From a virus: a DNA stretch of 25,153 bases. The notes below the pieces were generated by a model. That model made no database searches and was not told the DNA's origin. It worked only from the letters and a program-made list of their open reading frames with translations. Positions 15,864 to 23,553 of the stretch are shown here, piece by piece (position 1 is the stretch's first letter; every line of letters begins with the position of its first letter). The translations under genes were made by a program, and so were the position numbers. Location: the UHGV virus genome UHGV-0073209. One strand, written 5' to 3'.

Positions 15864-16910
15864 ATGAGAAACTCCACCCGCAGGCACTTTGACGGCTACG
15901 TTGCCCGTCAGGCGCAGCTGAACGGCGTCACCGCCGCCGCCGTCGCGGCGCAATTCAGCGTTGATCCGACCGTGCAGCAGCGCCTTGAGGCCGCAGCGCA
16001 GCAGGATGATGCTTTCCTGAAACTGATCAACGTCTTTGGCGTTGAAGAGCAGATCGGGCAGAAAATCCTGATCGGCAGCAAAGGCCCGCTGGCGGGCGTC
16101 AACAACAGCACCACCAACCGTCGCAATCCCGGCGCTAACGACCAGATGGACGCGTACAACTATCTGTGCCGTAAAACCAACTACGACTACGCCGTAAGCT
16201 ATGCGCAGATGGATGCGTGGGCGCATCAGCCGAACTTCCAGCCGCTGATTAGCTCGGCGATGGCCCGTCAGATGTCGCTCGACCGCATCATGATCGGCTT
16301 TAACGGTACCAGCTACGCCGACCCGTCAGACCGCGCAGCGAATCCGCTGTTGCAGGATTGTGGTATTGGCTGGCTGCAAAAAATCCGCAACGAAGCGGCG
16401 CACCGTCGCATTACCGGTGTGACGATCACTTCGCGCAACCAGAACAACGCCATTGTCGCCGAGGGCACCTACGGCAACGTAGCGGCTGCGGTCTATGACG
16501 CCAAAAACAGCCTCATGGATGAATGGCATAAGCGCAACCCTGACAACGTGGTGATTTTGTCCGGTGATCTGCTGACAACCAGCAATTTCCCGACCATCAA
16601 CGCCATGAGCCAGACCAACCCGAACACCGAAATGCTGGCCGGTCAGCTGATTGTGGCGCAGGAACGCGTAGGCAACATGCCGACCTTTATCGCGCCTTAC
16701 ATGCCGGGTAACGCCATCCTCATCACGCCGTTTAAAAACCTTTCGATCTACTACCAGCGCGGCGGTCTGCGCCGGACGATCAAAGAGGAGCCGGAATACA
16801 ACCGCGTGGCAACGTACCAGTCCTCGAACGATGACTTCATCGTGGAAGACTACGGCGCAGTGGCCTTTATCGACGGCATCACCTTTGCCGAAGCACCGGG
16901 CGGCGAGTAA
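15864..16910 (+). CDS. N: Major capsid protein (P2 gpN-like)
   Basis: Collinear similarity to P2 gpN: MRNSTRRHFDGYVARQAQLNGV, QDCGIGWLQKIRNEA, LITPFKNLSIYYQ, FIVEDYGA. Confidence 0.92.
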   Translation: MRNSTRRHFDGYVARQAQLNGVTAAAVAAQFSVDPTVQQRLEAAAQQDDAFLKLINVFGVEEQIGQKILIGSKGPLAGVNNSTTNRRNPGANDQMDAYNYLCRKTNYDYAVSYAQMDAWAHQPNFQPLISSAMARQMSLDRIMIGFNGTSYADPSDRAANPLLQDCGIGWLQKIRNEAAHRRITGVTITSRNQNNAIVAEGTYGNVAAAVYDAKNSLMDEWHKRNPDNVVILSGDLLTTSNFPTINAMSQTNPNTEMLAGQLIVAQERVGNMPTFIAPYMPGNAILITPFKNLSIYYQRGGLRRTIKEEPEYNRVATYQSSNDDFIVEDYGAVAFIDGITFAEAPGGE

Positions 16911-16919
16911 CCGCGCACT

Positions 16920-16937
16920 GGCGGGCTTCGGCCCGCC
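16920..16937 (+). other. Intergenic GC-rich stem-loop with UUCG-type tetraloop between capsid and small-terminase genes
   Basis: GGCGGGC-TTCG-GCCCGCC: a 7-bp perfect stem and TTCG loop. No following U-tract, so probably an mRNA processing or stability element rather than a terminator. Confidence 0.4.
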
Positions 16938-16956
16938 GTCAATCGGGGAATAAACA

Positions 16957-17871
16957 ATGCTGACACCGGCACAAAAACATTTTCAGAGGGTCATGGCCGA
17001 GCGTCATGGCAAAACAGACGAGCAGTCCGATACCGCGCGGACGGCGCACGAGCAGATCATGCATCGGCTACGCATGGATCAGAGTGCATTAAAGCGAGTG
17101 CAGTCTGACCAGGCGAAAGCGGCGATGAAACGCCAGTTGCTGCCGCATTACGAGGGCTGGATCGAGGGCACGCTCGACGGCGACAGCGGCCGACAGGATG
17201 AGGTGATCGTCACCCTGATGGTGTGGGCGATCGATGCCGGTGATTACGCGCTGGCCGCCCGCATTGGTCGCTATGTCGTCACGCATGGTCTGCTGATGCC
17301 CGACCGCTTCAACCGTACCGCCGCAACCGTTCTGGTCGATGAGATTTGCGATCCGATACTGGTGCAGGTCAAGGCAGACGATACCACCGACGTCACACCG
17401 TATCTGGCGGTGCTCGATGAGGTCGCGGACTTTACCGCAGGCAGCGATATGCCCGACGTGGTTCGCGCCAAGCTGTGCAAAGCACGAGCCTTTGCGCTGC
17501 GTAACGGCACAACCGAAGAGCAGACCACCGCGCTGGCACTGTTGCGCCAGGCGCTGACGCTGGATGCGGGCGCCGGGGTGAAAAAAGAGATTGAGCGACT
17601 GGCCCGCGTGGTTAAGAAAGCGGCTGCACAGACAGGTACTGACGGTACCGATAGCACCGATGGTTCAGATGGCGGAAAAGGCACCGAAGGCGCTGGCGAT
17701 GCTGGCGGCGATACCGCAGCGGACGGCGCAGGTGCAGGCGAAGCTGCAGCATCGTCAGATCCGGTGGTAGCGGACAGCGCCACAGCGACCAAAACCACCC
17801 GCAAAAGCCCAACCCGTAAACCGGCAGCGCGCAAAACAACAGCGAAAAAAACGCCTGCCGCCAAAAAATAA
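16957..17871 (+). CDS. M: Terminase small/endonuclease subunit (P2 gpM-like) with extended low-complexity C-terminal tail
   Basis: MLTPAQKHFQRVMAE..., LLPHYEGWIEG, MPDVVRAKL and AGVKKEIERL parallel P2 gpM. The C-terminus carries a G/D/T-rich acidic stretch followed by a K/R/T-rich basic tail. Confidence 0.9.
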   Translation: MLTPAQKHFQRVMAERHGKTDEQSDTARTAHEQIMHRLRMDQSALKRVQSDQAKAAMKRQLLPHYEGWIEGTLDGDSGRQDEVIVTLMVWAIDAGDYALAARIGRYVVTHGLLMPDRFNRTAATVLVDEICDPILVQVKADDTTDVTPYLAVLDEVADFTAGSDMPDVVRAKLCKARAFALRNGTTEEQTTALALLRQALTLDAGAGVKKEIERLARVVKKAAAQTGTDGTDSTDGSDGGKGTEGAGDAGGDTAADGAGAGEAAASSDPVVADSATATKTTRKSPTRKPAARKTTAKKTPAAKK

Positions 17872-17973
17872 CCGACTTGCGCCCCGTGCGCTGGCGGCGC
17901 GGGCGGAGATCTGCAACGCATTGCGTTTACTTTTCTCCGTCCGCTCACCGCCACCTATTCAGGAGACGACGCG

Positions 17974-18471
17974 ATGAGCCTTGTAGCCGGTCGCACTGTT
18001 ACTCCCTCTTCGGAGGATGTGCCGGACACTGACGACGGTGGCGAGAAAGTCACTGCCGGGAGTTTCTGGCCGGAAATCGCCCTGAGCGATGTGCGCATGG
18101 AGATGCGTATCAATGGCGCGGTGACCACCTCGCGCCTGAAGCAAGCCGTTATTGAGGGGGTATCCCACACCCTCGATCAACTGGCTGACTGGCAGGCCGT
18201 CCAGCTGGCAGCGGGTTACACCCAACTGGCCGACGTCCCGGCGGTCGAGGTGAACGGCGAAAGCGTGAAGGTTCATCGCTACCGCCGTGCGGTATTCAGC
18301 ATCGCTCGCGCGCATATCCTCGGCACTAACCGGGACGTGGACACCACCGGTGACGCGGGCGAGAAACGCGCCGTCGCGCTGGCTTCACAGGCCGATGATA
18401 TGTGGCGCGATGCGCGCTGGGCTATCTCCGACATTCGCGGCACCGTGCGCAATACAGCGGAGGCGTTCTGA
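17974..18471 (+). CDS. L: Head completion/stabilisation protein (P2 gpL-like)
   Basis: AGGAGA 7 nt before ATG 17974; 165 aa; position after gpM; stop overlaps the next start. Confidence 0.8.
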   Translation: MSLVAGRTVTPSSEDVPDTDDGGEKVTAGSFWPEIALSDVRMEMRINGAVTTSRLKQAVIEGVSHTLDQLADWQAVQLAAGYTQLADVPAVEVNGESVKVHRYRRAVFSIARAHILGTNRDVDTTGDAGEKRAVALASQADDMWRDARWAISDIRGTVRNTAEAF

Positions 18472-18671
18472 TGAAAGTCAAAGCATTGCAGGGCGACACG
18501 GTAGATCTGTTATGTCAGCGGCACTACGGCACCACGCAGGGCGTGACTGAGGCAGTGCTCGCCGCTAACAAAGCGCTGGCCGGTCAGATCTTTCTCGACG
18601 CCGGCCAGGTGGTGGAGCTGCCGGAAATCAGCGCCACCGCGACACAGGAGACCGTGCAGCTATGGACTTAA
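18471..18671 (+). CDS. X: Tail protein X (P2 gpX-like, LysM-like)
   Basis: ATG 18471 overlaps the gpL stop (TGATG). MKVKALQGDTVDLLCQRHYG is the typical gpX start. The track ORF begins at an upstream alternative codon (18402). Confidence 0.75.
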   Translation: MKVKALQGDTVDLLCQRHYGTTQGVTEAVLAANKALAGQIFLDAGQVVELPEISATATQETVQLWT

Positions 18672-18943
18672 TCAACCGCATCTGGAATGGCGTGACGTAC
18701 TCCTGGTCAACGCTGCTGACCAGCATCGGCGTGATGACGCAAAAGGACTGGCTGGCCGCCATCGGCGTGCTGATCGGTATCGCTGCCGCCGTGTTCGGTG
18801 AGCTGCATCGTCGTCGCATGGCGCGCATTCAGGAGACTAACAACACGTTGCTGAACGAACTGATCGACGCCATCCGCGACGACACCGAGAACCGCCAGGA
18901 CGTGAAAGAGCTTATCCGCAGCATCCGGGGAGCGCAGCGATGA
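18662..18943 (+). CDS. Putative holin (possibly pinholin)
   Basis: 93 aa with a hydrophobic segment WLAAIGVLIGIAAAVFG followed by charged HRRRMAR; sits immediately upstream of the endolysin. Confidence 0.6.
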   Translation: MDLINRIWNGVTYSWSTLLTSIGVMTQKDWLAAIGVLIGIAAAVFGELHRRRMARIQETNNTLLNELIDAIRDDTENRQDVKELIRSIRGAQR

Positions 18944-19491
18944 AAAAACGCATTATTGCCTGCTCAACCGCCGCGATCATCTCGCTGGCCGCCACGCTGT
19001 GGCCGCAGGCGCTGCGAACCAGCCCGGAAGCACAGCAGAAGATGGCGAAGTACGAGGACTGTCGCAAAACCCCGTACTACTGCCCGGCGGGCGTGCTGAC
19101 GGTGGGGATCGGCTCCACCTCAAAGGTGGAAAATCGCCAGTACGCCGAGGGTGAGATCGCCGAGCGCTGGGTTAACGATTTAATGCGTGCCGAAAAATGT
19201 ACCAACCGTGAGTTTAACGGCGCCGCTGCACCGCAGAAGGTTTTTGAAAGCATGACTGACGCTAATTTTAACGTCGGCTGCACCGGTCTGGGTTGGTACA
19301 CCAACAGCAAGAGCCAGAAGGTGCGAACCACTCTCTGGCGCCACGCGCAGGCCGGTAACTGGCGGGGTGTCTGTGACCGACTGACGGACTTTGTGAACTC
19401 CAGCGGCAAGCGATCGCAAGGACTGGTTAACCGCCGGGAAGATTTCCAGGCGTGGTGCCTGTCTGATCCGGCGCTGAAGGGGGCGAAATGA
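18940..19491 (+). CDS. Endolysin, phage lysozyme with N-terminal signal-anchor (SAR-type)
   Basis: N-terminal MKKRIIACSTAAIISLAATLW is a weakly hydrophobic signal-anchor-like segment; YYCPAGVLTVGIGST is the lysozyme catalytic region. The start overlaps the holin stop. Confidence 0.8.
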   Translation: MKKRIIACSTAAIISLAATLWPQALRTSPEAQQKMAKYEDCRKTPYYCPAGVLTVGIGSTSKVENRQYAEGEIAERWVNDLMRAEKCTNREFNGAAAPQKVFESMTDANFNVGCTGLGWYTNSKSQKVRTTLWRHAQAGNWRGVCDRLTDFVNSSGKRSQGLVNRREDFQAWCLSDPALKGAK

Positions 19492-19883
19492 AAGCGATAG
19501 CTATTCTTGCCATCGTGATGTTTGCCCTGCTGATTGCCGCCGTCAGCGGCCTTGCGTGGCAAAGCCATAAGCGCGAACAGGCAGAGAAATCACTGACCGA
19601 CACCCGCAAAGAACTGAAACAGACTGGCGATGTGCTGACCGAGGTCAGGGCACTACGCCATGACGTCAATCAGGTTGAGGCCAGGCTGAAGAAGATAAAC
19701 CAGCAGCGCACCGTAACGGGAGAGCGCCGACGTGAAAACATCAAAACCGCACTGGCCGGTAACGACTGTGCCGTTGCTCCTTTGCCTGCTGCTGGCGCTG
19801 ACAGCCTGTACCAGCGAGCCGAAGAAGTCAGCGCCGCAGATTATTCAGGAGCCCTTACCCGAAAGCCTGACGGCAAAAACTGA
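19488..19883 (+). CDS. i-spanin (Rz/LysB-like)
   Basis: N-terminal transmembrane segment MKAIAILAIVMFALLIAAVSGLAW followed by a charged coiled-coil-like region; contains the embedded o-spanin. Confidence 0.75.
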   Translation: MKAIAILAIVMFALLIAAVSGLAWQSHKREQAEKSLTDTRKELKQTGDVLTEVRALRHDVNQVEARLKKINQQRTVTGERRRENIKTALAGNDCAVAPLPAAGADSLYQRAEEVSAADYSGALTRKPDGKN

Positions 19884-20031
19884 CGTCCCGCCGCCGCCGG
19901 CCAGGCCGATGACGTGGGGCGGGCTGGCTGTCTGGACGGATTCATTACTTGACGCGCTGGATACCTGTAACGCCGATAAGGCGGGGATCCGTGAGCTGGA
20001 ACTACGGCGTATCGCCAGGGGGATAAAGTGA
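19732..20031 (+). CDS. o-spanin (Rz1/LysC-like lipoprotein), embedded in the +1 frame of the i-spanin gene
   Basis: GTG 19732 with GGGAGAG upstream; lipobox LLALTAC in MKTSKPHWPVTTVPLLLCLLLALTACTSEP; Pro-rich mature part. Confidence 0.65.
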   Translation: MKTSKPHWPVTTVPLLLCLLLALTACTSEPKKSAPQIIQEPLPESLTAKTDVPPPPARPMTWGGLAVWTDSLLDALDTCNADKAGIRELELRRIARGIK

Positions 20032-20486
20032 AAAAAGCTGAACTGCTGCGTGCCGCGCTGATCGCCGGTAACACCTGGTGCAAAGCCAACCCGGAACAAA
20101 TCACGGTCTGGGTGGAGAAGGGCCATATCCAGATCGAAGCGACCGGCGAAGCGTCGTTCATGTACCACTACACCATTCAGGTGCTGGCGATGGATTTTCC
20201 CGGCCAGATTGATGATCTCATGCTGCCGCTACTGGCGTGGGTATGGCAGCAGCAGCCCGATCTGCTGCTGAATCCCGACAATAACCGCAAGGTGGAGTTT
20301 GACGCCGATATCGTCAATGACGACGTCGCCGACATTCTGTTTAAGGTGCCTGCCTGGGAGCGCGTGATAGTGGAAATCGTGGACGGAAAACCCGTCGCGA
20401 AACATCTGGCGGAGTCGCGTCCGCGCTTTAACGGTGGCGAGTGGGAGATGGTCTTTGATCCGGAGTCCGGGGGCGCGCTGGTATGA
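20028..20486 (+). CDS. R: Tail completion protein (P2 gpR-like)
   Basis: GTG 20028 preceded by GGGGGA; the pattern LRAALIAG...NPEQ...LLPLLAWVWQQQPD parallels P2 gpR. Confidence 0.78.
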   Translation: MKKAELLRAALIAGNTWCKANPEQITVWVEKGHIQIEATGEASFMYHYTIQVLAMDFPGQIDDLMLPLLAWVWQQQPDLLLNPDNNRKVEFDADIVNDDVADILFKVPAWERVIVEIVDGKPVAKHLAESRPRFNGGEWEMVFDPESGGALV

Positions 20487-21124
20487 GCAATAACGACGCG
20501 TTGTTTCAGCAGCTTGACGAGGTGTTTGCGACCATCCTGGCGGGCATGTCTCCGGCCGGGCGCCAGCGTACCGCCCGCAGTATCGGAACCACACTGCGCC
20601 GGAGCCAAAGCCAGCGTATCGGCAGGCAAGAGGCGCCGGACGGGGCGAAGTACCCGCAACGCAAACAGCGGATACTGCGTGCGCAGGCGGGCATGCGTTT
20701 TATCTGGCAGGGGGAAACCCGCCAGTTGCGCAACTGGCGGGCCACTCGCGGACGCCACGGGCGCATGCTGACCGGCTTTGATATCGACAGAGGGGATATG
20801 CGCTCGTTTTATCGCGAAGATATTGAACGCTACCTCGATATCAGCTTCAGACCAGCCAGCCGGAATACGACCAAACGAGAGCAGATGTTTCGCCGTCTGC
20901 GTACCGCTCGTTTTCTTAAAACCAGCGCCACGCCTGACGGTGTTGAGGTGGGGTATTCCGGCGTGGCTGCGCGTATTGCCCGCATCCATCAGTTCGGCCT
21001 GCGCGATAAAGTCAACGACAGCGGCGCGATGGCGACGTATCCCCGCCGCGAACTGCTGGGCCTGAGTAAGGCCGACCGCATGGCGATAGCCCGTCAGGTG
21101 ATCGACTCGCTGGGGGTGCGCTGA
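20483..21124 (+). CDS. S: Virion morphogenesis / tail completion protein (P2 gpS-like)
   Basis: ATG overlaps the R stop; 213 aa; position between R and V. Confidence 0.75.
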   Translation: MSNNDALFQQLDEVFATILAGMSPAGRQRTARSIGTTLRRSQSQRIGRQEAPDGAKYPQRKQRILRAQAGMRFIWQGETRQLRNWRATRGRHGRMLTGFDIDRGDMRSFYREDIERYLDISFRPASRNTTKREQMFRRLRTARFLKTSATPDGVEVGYSGVAARIARIHQFGLRDKVNDSGAMATYPRRELLGLSKADRMAIARQVIDSLGVR

Positions 21125-21702
21125 TGGATCTTGCTGAGTTGATTCGCCTGCTGGAGAACATTGTGCGAACCGGCACGGTGACGGAGATCGACGAGGGCAA
21201 ATGGCGCGTTCGCGTGCAAAGCGGTGAACTGGAAACCACCTGGCTGCGCTGGAACGCACAGCGCGCCGGTGCGTTTAAAGTATGGGTGCCGCCGTCCATC
21301 GGCGAGCAGGTCTGGTTCCTGTGCCTGGGTGGCAATACCGACGTCGCCTTTATCGGCGGCAGCCTGTACAGCGACGACAACCCGGCACCAGGCGCGTCGC
21401 GCAACGAGATGGTGGTGACGGCGCCGGACGGCGCAAAGTTCTGCTATGACGCGGAGGCGGGCGCATTGCAGGTGAAGGGCATTAAATCCGCCGTGGTTGA
21501 GACATCAGTCAAAATTACGCTGGATACGCCGGAAGTGGAGTGCACCAACCTGCTGACCACCAAAAAGCTGAACGTCACAGACGGCGGTGAGATGCGCGGT
21601 GATATCACCCACAGAGGCGGCTCACTCTCTTCTAACGGCAAGGTGCTCCACTCCCATAAACACCCTGGCGACAGCGGTGGGCAGACGGGGGAGCCACTAT
21701 GA
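21124..21702 (+). CDS. V: Baseplate spike/assembly protein (P2 gpV-like)
   Basis: RVQSGELETTWLRW, PSIGEQVWFL, VTLDTPEVECTN and GKVLHSHKHPGDSGGQTGEPL match P2 gpV nearly motif for motif. Confidence 0.9.
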   Translation: MDLAELIRLLENIVRTGTVTEIDEGKWRVRVQSGELETTWLRWNAQRAGAFKVWVPPSIGEQVWFLCLGGNTDVAFIGGSLYSDDNPAPGASRNEMVVTAPDGAKFCYDAEAGALQVKGIKSAVVETSVKITLDTPEVECTNLLTTKKLNVTDGGEMRGDITHRGGSLSSNGKVLHSHKHPGDSGGQTGEPL

Positions 21703-22067
21703 CAGAGCGCTATCGCGGCATGAATGCCGCAGGCACCGGGACCCTGACCGACGAGGATCATGTGTGGCAGTCGGTTAACGACATTTTGCTGACGCCAGTC
21801 GGAAGCCGCCTGATGCGCCGAAATTACGGCTCACTGTGCCCTGACCTGATCGACAGCCCGCAAAACGACGTCACACGACTGCAACTGATGAGCGCGGCGG
21901 TGATAGCGCTGGCGGCGTGGGAGCCGCGCATTGTGCTGGATACCATCAACGTGACGTACTCCGCCAGCGGCGCCGTGACCGCCGCACTGTCCGGCATGCT
22001 GACGGAAACCATGGAAAAAAGCACCCGCGCGGTGACATTAAGGGGCGCTAACAATGCCAACGATTGA
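21699..22067 (+). CDS. W: Baseplate wedge protein (P2 gpW-like, gp25-like)
   Basis: MTERYRGMNAAGTG...ILLTPVGSRLMRRNYGSL parallels P2 gpW (MTARYLGMNRSDG...ILRTPVGSRVMRRDYGSL). Confidence 0.9.
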   Translation: MTERYRGMNAAGTGTLTDEDHVWQSVNDILLTPVGSRLMRRNYGSLCPDLIDSPQNDVTRLQLMSAAVIALAAWEPRIVLDTINVTYSASGAVTAALSGMLTETMEKSTRAVTLRGANNAND

Positions 22068-22953
22068 CCTCTCACAATTGCCGAAGCCGACCATTATCGA
22101 AGAGCTCGACTTCGAGGCGATCCTGATTGACGTCAAAGCGCTGATGGTGGCGGCATTTCCTGCTGATCAGCAGTCAGCCGTTGCCGCTGCGCTGGGTCTG
22201 GAGTCAGAGCCACTAAACATCATCGCCCAGGCGATGGCGTACCGTGAGCTGCTTTTGCGCCAGCGCATCAATGAGGGAGTCGCGGCCTGCATGCTCAGTC
22301 ATTCGACTGGCGACGATCTGGACAATATCGCGGCCAATCTGGACACGGAGCGACTCACTATCACGGCGGCGACAGACACTACCGACGCGGTGACGGAAAG
22401 CGACGAAGCGCTTCGCCTGCGCGCACAGGCGGCATTTGAGGGCATGAGCGTCGCTGGGCCATCGGCTGCCTATGAATATTTCGCGCGCAGTGCCAGCGGA
22501 AAGGTGGCAGATGTTAAAGCATCCAGCCCGGCACCGGCGGAGGTGGTCATTGCGGTACTGTCTACAGAGGGTGACGGCACCGCATCGCCGGAGTTGCTGG
22601 CCGACGTCGCAGAAGCGGTAAACGATGAGGAAGTGCGCCCCCTGGGGGATCGGGTCACGGTGCGCAGCGCCGAGATCGTCGATTACGAAATTAACGCCAC
22701 GCTCTATCTGTACCCAGGGCCGGAGTCAGAGCCGATCATCAACGCCGCCGACGCATCGCTGCAAAAATTCCTGAAACAGAACAACAAAAAAATCAGTCGC
22801 GACGTCGCGCGCTCCGCCATTTCTGCGGCGCTGCACGTCCAGGGGGTACAGCGAGTGGTGATCAATTCACCCGTGAACGATATCAAAATCAGCGACGTTC
22901 AGGCCGCCCGTAATATCGGTTATCACATTGAAAACGGCGGAACGGATGAATAG
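22054..22953 (+). CDS. J: Baseplate assembly protein (P2 gpJ-like)
   Basis: MPTIDLSQLPKPTIIEELDFE, RVTVRSAEIVDYEINATLYLYPGPESEPI and LHVQGVQRV parallel P2 gpJ. Confidence 0.9.
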   Translation: MPTIDLSQLPKPTIIEELDFEAILIDVKALMVAAFPADQQSAVAAALGLESEPLNIIAQAMAYRELLLRQRINEGVAACMLSHSTGDDLDNIAANLDTERLTITAATDTTDAVTESDEALRLRAQAAFEGMSVAGPSAAYEYFARSASGKVADVKASSPAPAEVVIAVLSTEGDGTASPELLADVAEAVNDEEVRPLGDRVTVRSAEIVDYEINATLYLYPGPESEPIINAADASLQKFLKQNNKKISRDVARSAISAALHVQGVQRVVINSPVNDIKISDVQAARNIGYHIENGGTDE

Positions 22954-23548
22954 CACGTTACTGCCGCCGTCCTCCACTGCATGGATGCGCAGCACAGAGG
23001 CCGCCACGGCGAGGCTTTCCGGGATAACCGTCGCGATACGCACGCTGTGGACGCCGACCGCCTGCCCGGTTGATTTACTGCCGTATCTGGCCTGGGCGCT
23101 GTCTGTCGATCGCTGGGATAAAGACTGGCCGGCGGAACGAAAAATAGCGGTTATACAGCGCTCGTACTGGCTTCACCGCCGTAAAGGCACTCGCGCAGCG
23201 GTACGGCGCGTGATCGAGGACATGGGGTTTTCTGCCACGTTCGCCGAGTGGTTCGACGTCGGCGATCAGCCGGGAACATTCCGGCTTGAAGTGGATGTTA
23301 ACGAAGTCGGGCTGACACCAAAGACCCTGGATGAATTAAACCGCCTGATTGGTGACGCAAAGCCAGTCAGCAGGCATCTGGCGCAATTAACCATCGCGAC
23401 CAGTTCAAAAGGTACGGCATGGACAGGCGCCGCTCTATGCGACGGCGAAATTATTACCGTTTATCCGGCTGGGTATCAGCCGGACGAAAGCATTCACTAT
23501 GACGGCATAGCGTATTACAACGATAACTATCATTACTCAGGGGATTAA
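22946..23548 (+). CDS. I: Baseplate protein (P2 gpI-like)
   Basis: Start placed at ATG 22946, overlapping the J stop. LLPYLAWALSVDRWDKDWP, GTFRLEVDV and AKPVSRHL parallel P2 gpI. Confidence 0.88.
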   Translation: MNSTLLPPSSTAWMRSTEAATARLSGITVAIRTLWTPTACPVDLLPYLAWALSVDRWDKDWPAERKIAVIQRSYWLHRRKGTRAAVRRVIEDMGFSATFAEWFDVGDQPGTFRLEVDVNEVGLTPKTLDELNRLIGDAKPVSRHLAQLTIATSSKGTAWTGAALCDGEIITVYPAGYQPDESIHYDGIAYYNDNYHYSGD

Positions 23549-23553
23549 CTGAA

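Noticed and set aside
15546-16226. 226-aa minus-strand ORF overlapping the scaffold and capsid genes
   Set aside because: Antisense to two conserved structural genes; no ribosome-binding site and a junk-like composition.
17271-17954. 227-aa minus-strand ORF antisense to gpM
   Set aside because: Antisense to the repeat-rich 3' end of gpM; its Ala/Ser/Pro-rich translation reflects the low-complexity coding repeats on the other strand.
20177-21259. 360-aa minus-strand ORF spanning the R/S/V region
   Set aside because: Antisense to three syntenic, motif-supported tail genes; the open frame is explained by GC richness.
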